A DNA stretch of 64,000 bases from positions 21,948,001 through 22,012,000 of the forward strand of contig OZ024744.1 in the NCBI GenBank assembly GCA_964016885.1. Reading direction: 5' to 3'. Positions 15,847 to 30,790 of the stretch are shown one piece after another. The notes beneath the pieces are model-generated. The model saw only the letters and a program-made list of their open reading frames with translations. It was not told the DNA's origin and ran no database searches. The position numbers and the translations under genes are program-made. This DNA comes from Eledone cirrhosa (Eukaryota). Position 1 is the stretch's first letter. Every line of letters begins with the position of its first letter.

Positions 15847-15915
<69 letters not shown>

Positions 15916-15990
15916 TATACATATATATGCATGTGTATATATATATATATATATACACTACACACACATATATATATATATATACATGTG

Positions 15991-16025
<35 letters not shown>

Positions 16026-16617
16026 ATTCATTTAAGTTTGTTGGTTCTGCCAGTTAAATTACCTATATAGGGATACAAAATATACGGAAGCGAAAACCAA
16101 CCCAAACAGTGCGTGTGTTTTATTATATATTTCTGGATATATTATAACAACATGCCCCTCCTCAAATATAACAATATTTGTATATATACACACACACACA
16201 CAGACATATATATATATATATATATATATAGTTGACATGTTACTGGTTAAGAGCAGTGAAACATTTGTTCAGTTTAGTATTCTATAATTAAGAAAATAGA
16301 ATAGAGTTGTTATAATGATTTTCTGAACTACGGTTAAGTCCTCATTATTTCGACAGCTGTATAAACAAATATACATACATAGAAACATACATACATATAT
16401 AGAAACATATATAGAAATATACATACACACATATATAGAAACATTTAGAGGGTCGTGATGATGGGATTTGTACCTAGATAATATCCCATCCGAGTCACAA
16501 GTTGTTTGTGGGAGAGTAACAATCACCTAAACTTGACAGTTTTCCCTCTCCACACTACAAATGGGAAAGGCAAAGGCCGATAGAGTTTGGAACCTATGAC
16601 GTCAGAATATGTATGTG

Positions 16618-17126
<509 letters not shown>

Positions 17127-17208
17127 GTTATTCCGGGTTGAATTGGAGGTAACCACAGTAAGTAAGGTACTCAATGCATAGCAGAGTATAAAAGTTTTAA
17201 TATAGATG

Positions 17209-17259
17209 AGATTCTACAGGACTAGAACTGTTTCATTCTTTAGAAATCATCAGGAATCT
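17209..17259 (-). ncRNA. Type-I hammerhead ribozyme with intact core, inside fold-back 17206-17306
   Basis: agattc-CTGATGA-tttct-aa-agaat-GAAAC-ag-ttctagtc-ct-GTA-gaatct; mirrored plus-strand copy at 17258-17302; family copy at 52211-52345. Confidence 0.8.
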
Positions 17260-17299
17260 GATGATTTCTAAAGAATGAAACAATTCTAGTCCTGTAGAA

Positions 17300-17340
<41 letters not shown>

Positions 17341-17427
17341 AACGGGTAGGACCCCGACGGCTGAGCTCAAGCCGTTTCGACGGCTAATTCTGGACTACTA
17401 TATATATAACTTCGTTATATATATATA

Positions 17428-17540
<113 letters not shown>

Positions 17541-17556
17541 TACATGTACATGGGGG

Positions 17557-17631
<75 letters not shown>

Positions 17632-17632
17632 A

Positions 17633-18787
17633 TAAAATGAAAATCCGAAGGCAAGGTAAAATTCAAATCATTTAATCACGACACATGTTTCAATAAGAGA
17701 TAGATCGATTGAGAAGCCATGATCGATTATCACTGATCTCATCAGGTGAAAATGAATTGTTTTCAAATTCTTGACATGAGGGAGAAAAATAACGATGTTC
17801 TCTCACAGATCTTAAAAGCTCATTGGCCCATATGACGGGAAATCGCACTTACGGGCGCATTTACCCAATACCCAACCCTACACGGAGCCCTTTGCTGACC
17901 TACATTGCGGTTGCTTGCACGCACGGATTTGGTGAGTCGGATTCTCACTGGGACAGCGGTACATATTGAGTTCGATATGAGCTGATTGCTTGCTCTTCAC
18001 ATGGATGTGTATATACCCGGACATACCCTTTTTTGGACGATTCGGATGTGTATATACCATAACATACACTTGAAGATATGGAAGTTACAATTCAATCTAT
18101 ACACGTATAGCAGAGCACTGAACTGAACTTACTTGTGTGTGTGTGTGTGTGTGTGTATGGGGCGTTGGTTAGCCCAATATTTCCAATTTACATCGTCAAC
18201 TTGAGATTTGACCAATATAGCTTCTGTTGTTTTGTGAACTAACTTTCGGTGAGTGCTGTGTTGGTACATTCTTATATTTGTTTCCTTATATTTGTTTTTT
18301 CTTGGACATCGCTTTGGTGTGTGTGAGAGTGTATGTGTACCCACCCACACTAATTCTACAGGTTTAATACTGTGTTGACGTGTGTATATATATGTATATA
18401 TTTTTCTTTGACCTCGAGCCGGTGTATGTGGGTGTGGAATGTATGTGTACCCACTCACATCAACTGTGACTGACTGTATCCCTACAGATTTGATTGATGT
18501 CCAGCGTCTTTTGCAACGATAGAAATCTGAAAACTCTTATGACCTCAACTGAGGTTAATAGCAGTCGCCGTGTCTCTCACTGCTGTGTCTCCATATGAGG
18601 GAATGAATTCTGTGAGAGAACATCGTTATTTTTCTCCCTCATGTCAAGAATTTCAAGACAATTCATTTTCACCTGATGAGATCAGTGATAATCGATCATG
18701 GCTTCTCAATCGATCTATCTCTTATTGAAACATGTGTCGTGATTAAATGAATGGAATTTTACCTTGCCTTCGGATTTTCATTTTGAT
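17633..18787. mobile_element. 1.15-kb element with about 175-bp inverted arms, each with a hammerhead (17676-17749 minus; 18669-18742 plus)
   Basis: tcac-CTGATGA-long stem II-GAAAC-atgt-GTC-gtga in both arms. Confidence 0.85.
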
Positions 18788-19600
18788 ACTTATACTTCGT
18801 TTTACATCATCTAGCTGGTCCCTTGAATGGAACTAGAGATATACAAAAGCGTGAAGTACTTAATATTGCTAACATAAATTTATTGGACCATTTTACACAA
18901 CCAATAATGCACCTTACTATATAACAACTATATATATATATATATATATATATGTACAAGGTGGATTCTCGTACTCTGTCGTTTAACGCGACGAAAATAT
19001 GCTCTGGTCTTCATCCCACCCGTGCCAGTATAGAAAAATGGACGTGACACCGATGGCAACGTTTGATCTAAATTAAGTAACTGTATTCTAAATTCAAATA
19101 TTAATCCAAGTTGTTTGCTCCTTATTTTCTCTCTCTCTCTCTCTGGGTCAGTGAAGTCAATAAAATACATAACAGAGGTGACATTGATATCTATTTAATC
19201 ACTTATACTCTTTAAACTCTTACAAGAGTCTTGTTGTAGCAGTGAAACGACGTCATTAAAAAAGAGATACTTTTTATTTAAAAAAAAAGTATCTAGAAGT
19301 CCACCTTATAAGCCTCATTAAGAAAAAGAAAGAGAAAAAACATAGATCAAAGTAGCTTATATTCAATAATAGTGATTAATCTTTGTTTTATGTATTGTAC
19401 TCAAGATTGAGCACAATCAAAAATACATTTCTTAAAGGCATTAAACCATGGAAGTGTAGGGATAATTGTGACAGTCATAGGTTCGGTTGTTACGGCTATT
19501 TGTTAATAGGTCATAGAAAATCTGGATGGGAGCTCATGCTAACAGTGGAAACTCTACTTCGTTGCTCGACCTACTAGGCAGAACAGCCAAACAGATATTA

Positions 19601-19601
<1 letters not shown>

Positions 19602-19631
<30 letters not shown>

Positions 19632-19725
19632 CTTCTTCTTCTTCTTCTTCTTCTTCTTCTTCTTCTTCTTTTTCTTCTTCTTCTTCTTCTTCTTCTTCTT
19701 CTTCTTCTTCTTCTTCTTCTTCTTT
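19602..19725. repeat. (TTC)n microsatellite
   Basis: Visible directly. Confidence 0.95.
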
Positions 19726-20886
19726 CGGAGGCGTCTTGGCGGACGTCTACTGCAACTGGCAACAGAACGGGAGAATTCCCAGCTCTGTGAGCCGAGGAGC
19801 CGTGGCGCTACTGAGAAAGGATCCGAACAAGGGGGATAACATAGATAATTTCAGGCCCATAACTCTTCTAAACACAGAGTTCAAGATTGTGGCCAAGGTG
19901 CTAGCAAAGGGGTTGGCGCTTGTCGTTGGTGGTCTGGTAGGAGAGGCGCAGACATGCGCCATTCCCGACAGATCCATCCCCGACAACCTCCATCTCATGC
20001 GATACATCGTAGAGAGGGTAGCTAGGGAACCTAGCACGGTGGGTCCTTGATCAATTTAGATCAGTCGAAAGCTTTCGATAGGGTCGACCATCGTTACCTA
20101 GCGGCAGTCCTGAGGGCGGCTGGCTTTGGGCCCGTCTTCAGAGGCTGGATCGCTGCCATGCACAGCGACATCTACTCTGTGGTGAGAGTGAACGGTCACT
20201 TTTCGGAACCGTTCAATATCATGCGCTCGGTCCGCCAAGGATGTCCCCTCTCGTCCCTCTTGTACGTAGTGACTCTCGAGCCATTACTGCACAAACTAGA
20301 GACGTTGAGGGGGGTCCCACGCGAACTAGGATGCGGAAGATCCGTGTCAGCATATGCGGACGATGTCACCGTAGTGGTGTCGAACGCCAAACACATCGAG
20401 GCGATCGGCACTACACTAAGAGAATACGAAGCGGTGACAGGAGCAATGATCAACCAGGAAAAGTCAGTGGGCCTGCAGTTCGGCACCTGGAGAGGCAGGT
20501 CCATGCCGTCCAACAGCGTCGTCGGGCGCTGGACGGACGGACCGGTTAAATTGCTAGGGGTCTGGTTCGGTCCAGACCTCCAGACGGACAAAAACTGGCA
20601 CGAGGTGACGAGCAGGGTGGCTTCTCTCACCCAGAAATGGGCCGAGAGGATGTTATCCCTGAAAGGTCGAGCGGAGGTGGCTAACGCGTACATCGCGTCC
20701 GTCATCTACTACCGCCTGACCGTCGTGCCTTGTCCTAAGCCTCGCCTGACGGCGCTGGAACGTTTGCTCTTTCGCTTTTTGTGGAAGGGACGCCCTCCGA
20801 TGGTCTGGCCGTCCATCTGCTGTCAACACCCGCTACGTGGAGGGCTGCGCATGCCGTGGCTGATGATGCGTAGACACGCGCTCAGG
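19726..20886 (+). mobile_element. Tx1/L1-clade LINE RT fragment
   Basis: NFRPITLLNTEFKIVAK, LDQSKAFDRVDH, SVRQGCPLS, AYADD; homologous to 28580-29710. Confidence 0.95.
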
Positions 20887-22494
20887 GTTCAAGCCTGTTG
20901 GGTGTGCTAGCGATCTCATACATGGACAGCCTCGAGTGCAAGGCATTCAACAGCTGCCACCCCAACGCAGTCGCCTTTTTCTCAAGGTACGTGGACGACA
21001 TCCTCATCCTCACATCTTCCCAGGAGATGGTGAACGGAATTTATCAGCCGTTCAACAACACGGACGAGAACATTGATTTCAGTGTTGAACACCCCAGCGA
21101 CGACGGGTCACTTGCTCTCCTTGACTTCCGAATCAACATCACGGAGCAGGGAGGGATCCACACCAACTTCTACCGCAAGGCAGCCTGCAGGGACTTGTTC
21201 GTCCAATACAAGTCTGCCCTCCCTAACAGTGCTAAAAGAGGGTACATCACGAACGGGATCACGCGAATTAAAAACAGATGCAGCGGTCCCATGAGTGGTG
21301 TCACCCACACCAAGCGATTCCTCAAAGTGCTGGAGACGAACGGGTACCCTGCCTCGCTCACAAACAGAGTAAGAGACACCAGACGCAAGAGGCAGAGAAA
21401 CACCAAAGGTAAGTGCTTCCTTAAAATACCACACCTGGGCGATAATACCACGAACGCTATCCGCAGGGCTATACGGAGAGAGGGCCTCGACATCCCCTTG
21501 GCCCACTCGGGCCCCTCCCTGCGAAGATTCCTCTCCAGGAAATTCGGGAAATCGACTGACGCGTGTTCCCTCAGAAACTGTCCGATGCGCCATACGAACT
21601 GTTGCTTACGCACATATGTCGTGTATAAGGTAGAATGTGACAAGTGCAACCACTACTATATCGGTAGCACAATCCGGCCGCTACACATCCGGATCAACGA
21701 GCACATCAACACCAGAGCCTCGTCTTTCCGGAAACACATAACCAAATGCGGAAACAAAGACGGAAGGCCCATTGTCACAGTGCTAGCGACAGAACGCAAC
21801 GTCGGCACGTTACGAATCAAGGAAGCACTTTGGATCAAACGCCTAGGGCCACAAATAAATAACCGATCCGAGAGAAGCGAAATGAGCTGGTGGTGTAAAC
21901 AAACGAGACAACAACGCATGCAAACACACACATTGTAGCATTCGAACGATTGTTATCGTGTGTGTAGCATGTCACCATCAACCGACCAGGCAGAGTACTA
22001 CCATACGAATATACTACACTGCTAGTACCAAAAATCAGCACAGATAAATAGTACAATGGATTGACAGCTAACGCGATCCCACTCCCACAATTAAAAAAAC
22101 TGCTTCGACCTTTGCTTGACCGCACTTGTTCCGCGTGCACGTGCGCTCTGCAGAATACCTCAGTTAGCCACAAACAGCGAACAGCAGAGGACACGTACCG
22201 TTCCTCTCCAACAGATAAATCCTCCCCCCCCCCAATTGATGGATGCGAATCCGAAATATAGGGACAATTAAATCTCTCCCAACGTAACTCTATCTCGTGT
22301 TATTAATTTTTACGTTCTTTCCTACGTTCTTCTACACACTATACATCACATTCTACATTCCCTTACATCTCTCTCTTCACCACCGGATCCTGTTACCCGG
22401 AGAATTACCCATCTGCATTGTTGAGCCTTCCAAAGCGACGAAAATAAAATAAATCTTATTATTCCACAATGCTTCAAGCAAACTTCAATACTCT

Positions 22495-22495
<1 letters not shown>
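20887..22495 (+). mobile_element. 5'-truncated Penelope-like element: RT C-terminal part, GIY-YIG endonuclease and 3' pLTR
   Basis: RYVDD, LLDFRI, FYRK, VVYKVECDKCNHYYIGSTIRPLHIRINEH, LRIKEALWIKRLGPQIN; degenerate hammerhead at about 22230-22263; ends in (TA)n. Confidence 0.95.
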
Positions 22496-22539
<44 letters not shown>

Positions 22540-22889
22540 CTAAAATACAACAATACTCTATAAAGTATTGTGTTGACATATATATACACATGTATATAAA
22601 GAAAAGATGAAGTTGGAAATAGCACGGGAGATATGTTTAAGGGTCTGTATTTTCTTTTTTGATTCGTCAAAGTCACATTATTGAAAATATAGTGTTATTA
22701 AAAAGATAGTGTTCTTAAAAGAGAGAGGGAAATTTTTTTTTGAGAATGTTTTTATGAAGTATATAAAGTGTATGAAACGATTACCGGTTTCGATGTATTA
22801 AAATCCATCTTGTCAATTTCAGTGAAAAAAGTTAATTAAAAACGGATTAAAAAAGTGTTTAAAATTAAAATTAAAATCAAAAACAAATG

Positions 22890-24304
22890 TTTGAGCAAAA
22901 TGATGGGTCTGACCAAGTCCAATACAGAGCTATTCGTCTCCAGGATGAAGCAGTGGAACTTGGTCAAGGAGGAAGTGCAGGTGACAAGTCAGAGAAGTCG
23001 ACACGAACCTTTCTCAGGCTTTTATACTCTTAGGGATGGCCTCTGCTTCTGCCATGAAGTGCTTGGACTGTTTGACGTTATTGGGGTGCCGTTTGTGCCC
23101 AAGGAGTGGCGGCTATTTATAGACAGCTCCACCACAAGTTTGAAGGCTGTCCTCCTCCATAATGGAAACAAGTTCTCGACACTGCGCCTAGCTCATTCAG
23201 TCTGCCTGAAGGAAGATTACTACAGTGTGAAAGTCCTCTCGGAAGCTCTGCAATACAACCAGTACAATTGGGAAATCATTGGAGACTTCAAGATGGTGGC
23301 TTTCTTGCTTGGACTCCAATGAGGCTTTATCAAATTCCAATGCTTCTTCTGCCTTTGGGACAGCAGAGCCACTTCTGACCACTACAAAAGAAAGAACTGG
23401 GAGCAGCGAACAGAATTTGTAGTTGGGACCCGGCACGTCCTGCGGGAGCCACTGGTTAATCCCAGGATTGTGCTCATGCCGCCACTGCACATTAAGTTGG
23501 TGTTGATGAAGCAGTTTGTGAAGGCACTCAACCAAGAATCAGCGGCTTTTAAGTACCTTCTTGAGTCTTCCCAAAGTTATCTGTGGTCAAAATCAAAGGT
23601 GGATATTTTGTTGGACCTCAGATAAAGAAGGTGTTTGAGTCTACCGAGTTCTCCAATAAGCTCAATAGGATTGAGAGAACAGCATGGAACTGTTTCAAGG
23701 CAGTTGTTAAGGGCTTCCCGGGCAACTACAGAGCTGAAAACGACCAACAACTGGTGCAGGATCTGATAAAGGCTTTTGGCGCCATGGGATGCAGGATGTC
23801 GCTTAAACTCCATATGCTGGACGCTCATCTGGAAAAATTCAAGGACAATATGGGCGCCTACTCAGAAGAACAAGGCGAACGATTCCACCAGGATGTGAAA
23901 GAGATAGAACGGCGGTACCAGGGCCACTACAATGAAAAGGTGATGAGGGACTATATCTGGGGGCTAGTGCGGGAATGCGACCTGGACTACAACCGCAAAT
24001 CAAGGAAATCCAGTCATTTCTGACGTGTATAAGTTGCTTTATAAGTGTTATTTGTTTTAACTTGTTTGCTTTTGATAAGCTTGTGTAATAAAATAAATAT
24101 ATACTCTGTTGATTTAATTATATGAACTGATAAATTTAAAAAAAATGTGTTTTTTCTTGAAAAATATGAAAATTTCGAAATATCAAACTCCTGACCACAA
24201 ACCCAAACTTCTGATAAAATAATAGTGTTTTTTTATAATAATGGGATATAACAAACCATGAAATGACACTTAGAACCGGGAAACAAAAAATATGTTACAC
24301 GGTG
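22890..24304 (+). mobile_element. Chapaev3-like (CMC) DNA transposon, decayed transposase and right TIR
   Basis: EWRLFIDSS, GDFKMV, CFFCLWDSRA, PPLHIKL, MSLKLHML..H, SEEQGERFHQD..E.RYQG; internal stop at about 23320 and frameshift at about 23570; end TGTTACACGGTG (CAC terminus). Confidence 0.85.
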
Positions 24305-24620
24305 TAATTGTTTCTATTTTTGGCACATGGCCAGCAATTGTCCAGTGCATTACTGTCATTTTATTTTATCGACCCCGTAAGGATGAAAGGCAAAGTTAAC
24401 CTCGGTGGGATTTGAACTCAGACCGTAAAGGCGCGTAACTCTATGATGCAAAGCATGGCGTCCGACCCTCTACCGATTCTACCAATTCACCGCCCTAAAT
24501 AATTGTTTCTATTTCTGGCTCAAAGCCAGCAATTATCCCAGTGCATTACTAGTACTTTATTTTATCGACCCCTTAAGGATGAAAGGCAAAGTTAACTTCG
24601 GCGGGATTTGAACTCAGACC
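24305..24620 (-). mobile_element. Two tandem Nin/Deu-domain-like tRNA SINEs
   Basis: Reverse complement of GAGTTCAAATCCCGCCGA..TTTGCCTTTCATCCTTACGGGGTCGATAAAATAAAGTAC. Confidence 0.8.
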
Positions 24621-25228
24621 GGAATTTAGAGTTAGAATAATAATTTCTAACGAGTTTCTCCCACAAATAAGGGCCTCAGTCTTATCAACCCAACATATTG
24701 TTGTTGTTACTGTACACATCAGCGTAGATCTATCTGGCCTTCAACAAGGTTGTATTTTATAAGAGGTTTCTCAGGTGTTTTGATGATAGAGATCCTAACC
24801 TATCAACACTACATAGTGTTGTTGTTACATATGTAAGTTTAGTTGGCCTCCTACAAGATTGTATCTCATAGAAGATTTTCTCGGCGTTGTAATGATAGAG
24901 ACTCTAGTCATATCAATGCTGTACATATTGGTGTTGTTACAGCTCACACATATGGTAAGTTTAGCAGGTATTTTGCAGGTTTTACGCTCGGAAAATATTT
25001 TTCCTTGAGCTATTTTAATTTTAAGGGACTATTCTGAGTTTCTAACTCAATATATACTTTTGAATAAAATGTGTAGAGCTTTCTAAATGTCGAGCAAATC
25101 TGGCTGCTATTTTTAGTAGCATACGTTTTACGAGACAGGCTCGGCACTGAATGCCATGTGCGTTATTCTAAACAAGCGCCTCATTTAGTCTTCTAAGAAA
25201 CCTAGAAGTGAAAGGTTTAATAATTCGT

Positions 25229-25305
25229 ACATCCACTGACGAGCAATAGAATTGGTAATTCCCTTCACTTGATGCGAAACATTTTACCAAAGACTGTCTG
25301 GTTGT
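25229..25305 (+). ncRNA. Type-I hammerhead with enlarged loops II and III
   Basis: acatcca-CTGACGA-gca...tgc-GAAAC-a..t-GTC-tggttgt. Confidence 0.7.
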
Positions 25306-25482
25306 GTATTTGATAGTTGTCACAGTTCGGTTTGTACTTGTTCTTAATTTATTCTTTTGATTGAGCCTGGTAAGCCGTATTGTTCGTAGTTAGTATCTTA
25401 TTGATCCTAGCGAATCTAGTCCCTTATGATTTGAAGACATATAGGAATATATCTGTGTTTATCTCTCTTTATTATATTGAAT

Positions 25483-25567
<85 letters not shown>

Positions 25568-25598
25568 ATATACATATATATGTATATATACATGTATG

Positions 25599-25835
<237 letters not shown>

Positions 25836-26073
25836 TTATATATACCTACATAGAGGCCAAATATTATCTGTCAGCCATATGAGAAAGGATAAGTTCAATA
25901 TTAAAGGTACATGTTGAACTACTTATTACACTGTTATCAATGTAGCCTCTAGCACTCTAGCACTCGTGTTGTACGACTCCTGATATTATTGCTTCACATA
26001 CTCATGCGCATACATATACACATACACACATATACTCACACACACACAGAAACGCAGGCACATACACACGCAC

Positions 26074-26118
<45 letters not shown>

Positions 26119-26233
26119 ATATAAAGAGGTATACACATATACGCAAGCTAGATAAATACGGACATATATACAGTTATACATCCATTCAAGCTCCAGAAAT
26201 ACAGACATATAAACACACACACATAAACAATGC

Positions 26234-26281
<48 letters not shown>

Positions 26282-26299
26282 GCATGTGAGTGTGTGTGT

Positions 26300-26350
<51 letters not shown>

Positions 26351-26629
26351 TTTTCGTGCCGTATAAGATTACAAGCATTTACGTAAATAATTCTTGTGTG
26401 TGTGTGTTTGCGAGGACCAGTGTTCCAGTTAATATGAATAACGGCAGATCCTGCTCGGATAATTAATTTGTATGTGACTGATTATTCAACTGGCACGTGT
26501 ACCCATTATGTATTTCTGAGGAAGATTCAGCGTACCATGATCTCTAACATGGCTGGCATTTTTAAATATATATATACAACACAAGTGGGCTGTTTTTCTT
26601 CTCAATATTTATCTATCTATCTATCTATC

Positions 26630-29600
26630 TCACCAACAGTAACAACACAAACATTTCAAACAAAAATCCCCCCTCCTGAAAACAAAACAACGACAACACT
26701 CCAAACACAAACTCCTAGAACAAAACGAAAACACACACAAGAACAACAAAAACCAACACAACACAACAAGAACATTACACATACATAAACAGTGAAAACA
26801 AAACCCTAATAGAGGTCATCTCTAACGACCCTTAGGTGAAAACCGAAGGGAAAACTTTTTCGAACTATGTAGACAGACCCAATTTAAAGATGATTAGGGT
26901 CTCTACGGACACCTATAAGTCTTTAACGAAAAACTTTCCTAAGGACGTGGGTAATCCTTGCGTTAAACCTATTAACAGCGTCCTTTTAAAATGTTTCCCC
27001 ACCCCCACCTTATACACCCCCATCCCACTAGACAACCCCTCCCCACTAAACATCTCCCTCCCCACTAAACATCTCCCTCCCCACCCCGCCAGAAACCACC
27101 AGCCCACCAAACAACCCCTCCAACACCCTCATGGAAATTGTGCAGCCTGGTCCCCATGAGACGAAGAGGTGAGTGATTTCTTTTCCTCTTCTTTTAACTT
27201 TTCAGCACCAATATGGCCAATATAAGAGTTGGATGTGTGAATGTACGCGGCCTGGAGATGCCCTGGAAACAGGGCAAACACTTAAACGACTTCAGGTTGC
27301 ACAGTATGGATGTAGTAGCCATTTGCTAGTCCTGGATCCACAGCGAGCGACAACTGGCCCCCATCTTCGACGACTTTGAGATCTACGCATCTCTCTGCTA
27401 GCCGGGATGTGGGGGTGGGGTTGCCGTTTTGCTGCGGGAACACCTGGATCTCGTAACATAGACTGTTCATCTGGACCTGGACTGTCGACTGGTGGTCCTA
27501 GACGTTGACGGTAGTGAAGGTGGAGCCTTCAGGGTGGTGGCCGCATATGCCCCATCCGGGACACCGCGACCAGACTCCTTCAAACGACTAGAGACTTTTC
27601 TGGGAACTTCCCGCACCCTGCTATTAGTGGGGGACATGAATGGGATCCTAGATGCACGTTGGGACTAGGTGGGAGCATGTCCCGGTAGAGGGGGGGTAAC
27701 AGCCTCAAACAGTTAATCGGCCGATTTCAACTGGTCGGTAGATATCGACTAGATTTTACAACTGTGCCACTGTGGACGTGGACCAACCACAGCGGAACAT
27801 CTAGATCGTACCTAGATAGGTTTCTAGTTAGAGTTAGTGATTGGGAAATGTTAAGCTGTCCACAAATATTCATGGTTGCCTATTCAGATCACAAACTAGT
27901 GACCTGTTTAGTCAACCTTGATAGAACCCATAGACAGGGACCCGGCTACTGGTAGCTGAACTTGTCGTTACTGACATGCAAAGCCTACACTAGACGGATT
28001 AGCAGTTTCGTTAAGCAGCACTTGACAGGGGCCATTCTCAACAACAGATGGTGGTACTCTCTCAAGAGGGCAGTTAGATTAGACTCGATAGGTTTAGTAA
28101 AGAATTAGTGTAAGATATAAATAAGACCGAAAAGGAACTAGTAGATAAAGTAGAAGAGGCACTTAGGAGTGGCAACGTAGCCAGCGTGCTAGCGACGAGA
28201 ACGGCCTTGGACCAGTCCTTCGACGCAAAGCACGAAGTCTGGAGCAAAATACGTGTCAGGAGCAAAATACGTGCTCTGGGAAACGAGGGAGCCAAAGCTG
28301 TTAGCTGGGCCCGAGTGACGGAGGCGAAAAGTGGCAACAAGACGACGCGTGATTCGTGAGCCGAAGCAGATGTGCGCCACCTTTCAGCGGCACTTTGCTC
28401 AACTGTTCGGACAGGGTGGTGCGACGGTAGGGCCTATGGATTTCGGTCCATACCTCGAAGGCCTGCCGCGACTTTCGGACAGCGAGATAGGGGACGCACT
28501 GAGCCAATGCGGCAAACGCAAATCTCCAGGTCTCGACGGTCTACCCTACGAATTTTACGTAGCAATGCCGGACTTATTCTCCGGTCTCCTGAAAGCAGTC
28601 TCCTGCAACTGGCAGCAGAACAGGAGAATTCCCAGTTCTGTGACCAAGGGCGTAGTCACGTTAGTCGGGAAGGACGAGAATAAGGGCGATGACATAGGAA
28701 ACTTCCGGCCCATAAGTGCTAAACACAGAGTTACAGATGTTGGCGAAGGTGTTAGCAAAGAGGCTGGCGATTGTCGTTGAAAACCTGTTGGGCGAAGCGT
28801 AGAAATGTGCAATCCCGACCAGGTCCATACAGACAACCTCCACCTAATGCAATACATCATAGAGATGGTAGGGTGTAAACCCGTCTTCGGTGGAGCCCTG
28901 ATCAACTTGGATCAGTCTAAGGATTTCGATAGGGTTGATCATCGTTACCTGGATGCGGCGTTCGAGGCGCAGGCTTCGGACACGTGCTCAGGCGCTGGAT
29001 TGCTGCAATGCACAGCAGTAACATCTGCTCAAGGGTCAAGGGTCACGCGATCCATCCGACAGGGATGCCCTCTCTCCTCCCTTCTGTACGTACTGACTCT
29101 CGAGCCACTACTGCGGAAGTTGGAGCTATTGCAGGGCATCCCTTTGGAACCGGGACTGCGATAAGCGGCGTCGGCCAACGCCGACGACATTTCAGTAATG
29201 ATGTCGAGCACCTCGCACATCAGGTAGGTCGGCATCTTACTGAAGGAATACGAAAGGTTCACAGGAACGAAGCTGAACCGGGACAAATCCGTCGGTTTGC
29301 AACTCGGAACGTGGAGAGGCAAACCGATGCCTTCCGATGGCGCCGTCGGACGCTGGACGGAAGGACCTGTAAAGCCGCTCGGGGTCTGGTTTGGTCCAGA
29401 CCTCCAGGTGGAGAACAACTGCAACGAGGTGACGGCCAAGGTGTTTGCGATCACCCAGAAGTAGGCCGAGTGCAAACTGTCATTGAAAGGTCGAGCGAGG
29501 TGGCGAACACTTTTATAGCGTCCGTCATCTACTACCGCTTGACCGTCGTGCCTTGAAAGCCAAACCGCTCACCAAAATGGAGCACCCGCTCTTTCAATTC

Positions 29601-30790
29601 CTTTGGAAGAAACGGGGTTCTTTGGTGAGAAGATGCATCTACTGCCAACACTCTTCAAACGGAGGGCTGGGGTTCTGTGGCTGATGATGCGCAAACACGC
29701 GTTCAGGCTGCGGCACCTCCACGTGTTCCTCACCGGACAACCGGTGTGGGCCCCGTTCATGAGGCGAGCCTCACCACGACTCGTCTCGCTGACCGAGCTG
29801 CAGTCCTGGGTCAAGCAAAGATCGAGGAAAATGGGCGACTGGCACATCTAATGTGCTCAGGCGCTCACAGCCCTCTGGCAAACGGACCCGGCGGTCAGTG
29901 GAGACTCCACTTCGACATTCTATAGAGGGTTGGTCCGCAGCAGGTGCGGCGACGCGCTCGGAGAATCTCTGGCCGTAGAGGAGGACGAACTGGCCAGTCT
30001 GTTCGGTAGGACTTTCCGCCCTGGACCGATGGACAACTTCGAAAAGTCCTTGGCCTGGCAGTGCTACCGAGGAGCTCTACCCGTTCGAGACAATCTCTAC
30101 AGACACGGGCGCCCGGGCAGTGACCCTTCGAAAAAGATCTGTCCGAGATGCGTGCGCGACGAGGGCACCGTCGCGTACGCATTTGTACACTGCTCGGGCG
30201 TTACCAACCTGTGGGGCTATGTAGAACGACTATTGTCGTGGGTGAGACCAATCCAGTTGACCACCGAGTCCATTGTCATGATCAAACCGCCACCCTCCTT
30301 CAAAAACGAAAGAGAGGCGGTTTTCCTATGTGTTATCGCTATGGTGAAAGAGTTTATATGGTGGACTAGGTTAAAAGGGCTGAGGTCAGACACCTTTCTC
30401 TCCGGCGAACAACTGATTCGTTTTTTCAAATATCTTTTTGGAAGAAGAATCAGGATGGAGAGAGAGGTACTGTACCCAGCAAATTTTATGAAAGGTAGGT
30501 GAATGTGGCAAAGATGGCCCGAGTGGTTGGGCCATCTCTCTATATAAGCATGTAGGTTGAGGAAAAAGAGGAAGAGAGGAAGGGAGTACTCACTCTTGGT
30601 GCTCCTGGAGATGAGGATTGTTACATTTTTTTCGGGGTGTGTACAACCTCTGTGTAACGCCTCCCCCCTATTGGGGATTTCAATTGTTATTTGTTATTTT
30701 ATTAATAGTTTTATTTTCATATACCTATATGTAAACTCCGCATTTGTATTTGTCCCCTTCTTTTGTGCCCTTCTGGCTAATAAAAAATGT
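26630..30790 (+). mobile_element. Decayed Tx1/L1-clade LINE (possible ORF1 tail, then APE-RT-CCHC ORF2 from about 27213)
   Basis: GCVNVRGL, SYLDRFLV, YSDHKLV, GPGYW, KSPGLDGLPYEFY, IRQGCPLS, CPRC..H..C-like finger; AATAAA at about 30779; many stops and frameshifts. Confidence 0.92.

Noticed and set aside
20196-21931. Antisense and alternative-frame ORFs over the LINE and PLE sequences
   Set aside because: Shadows of GC-richer retroelement coding sequence with no recognisable motifs
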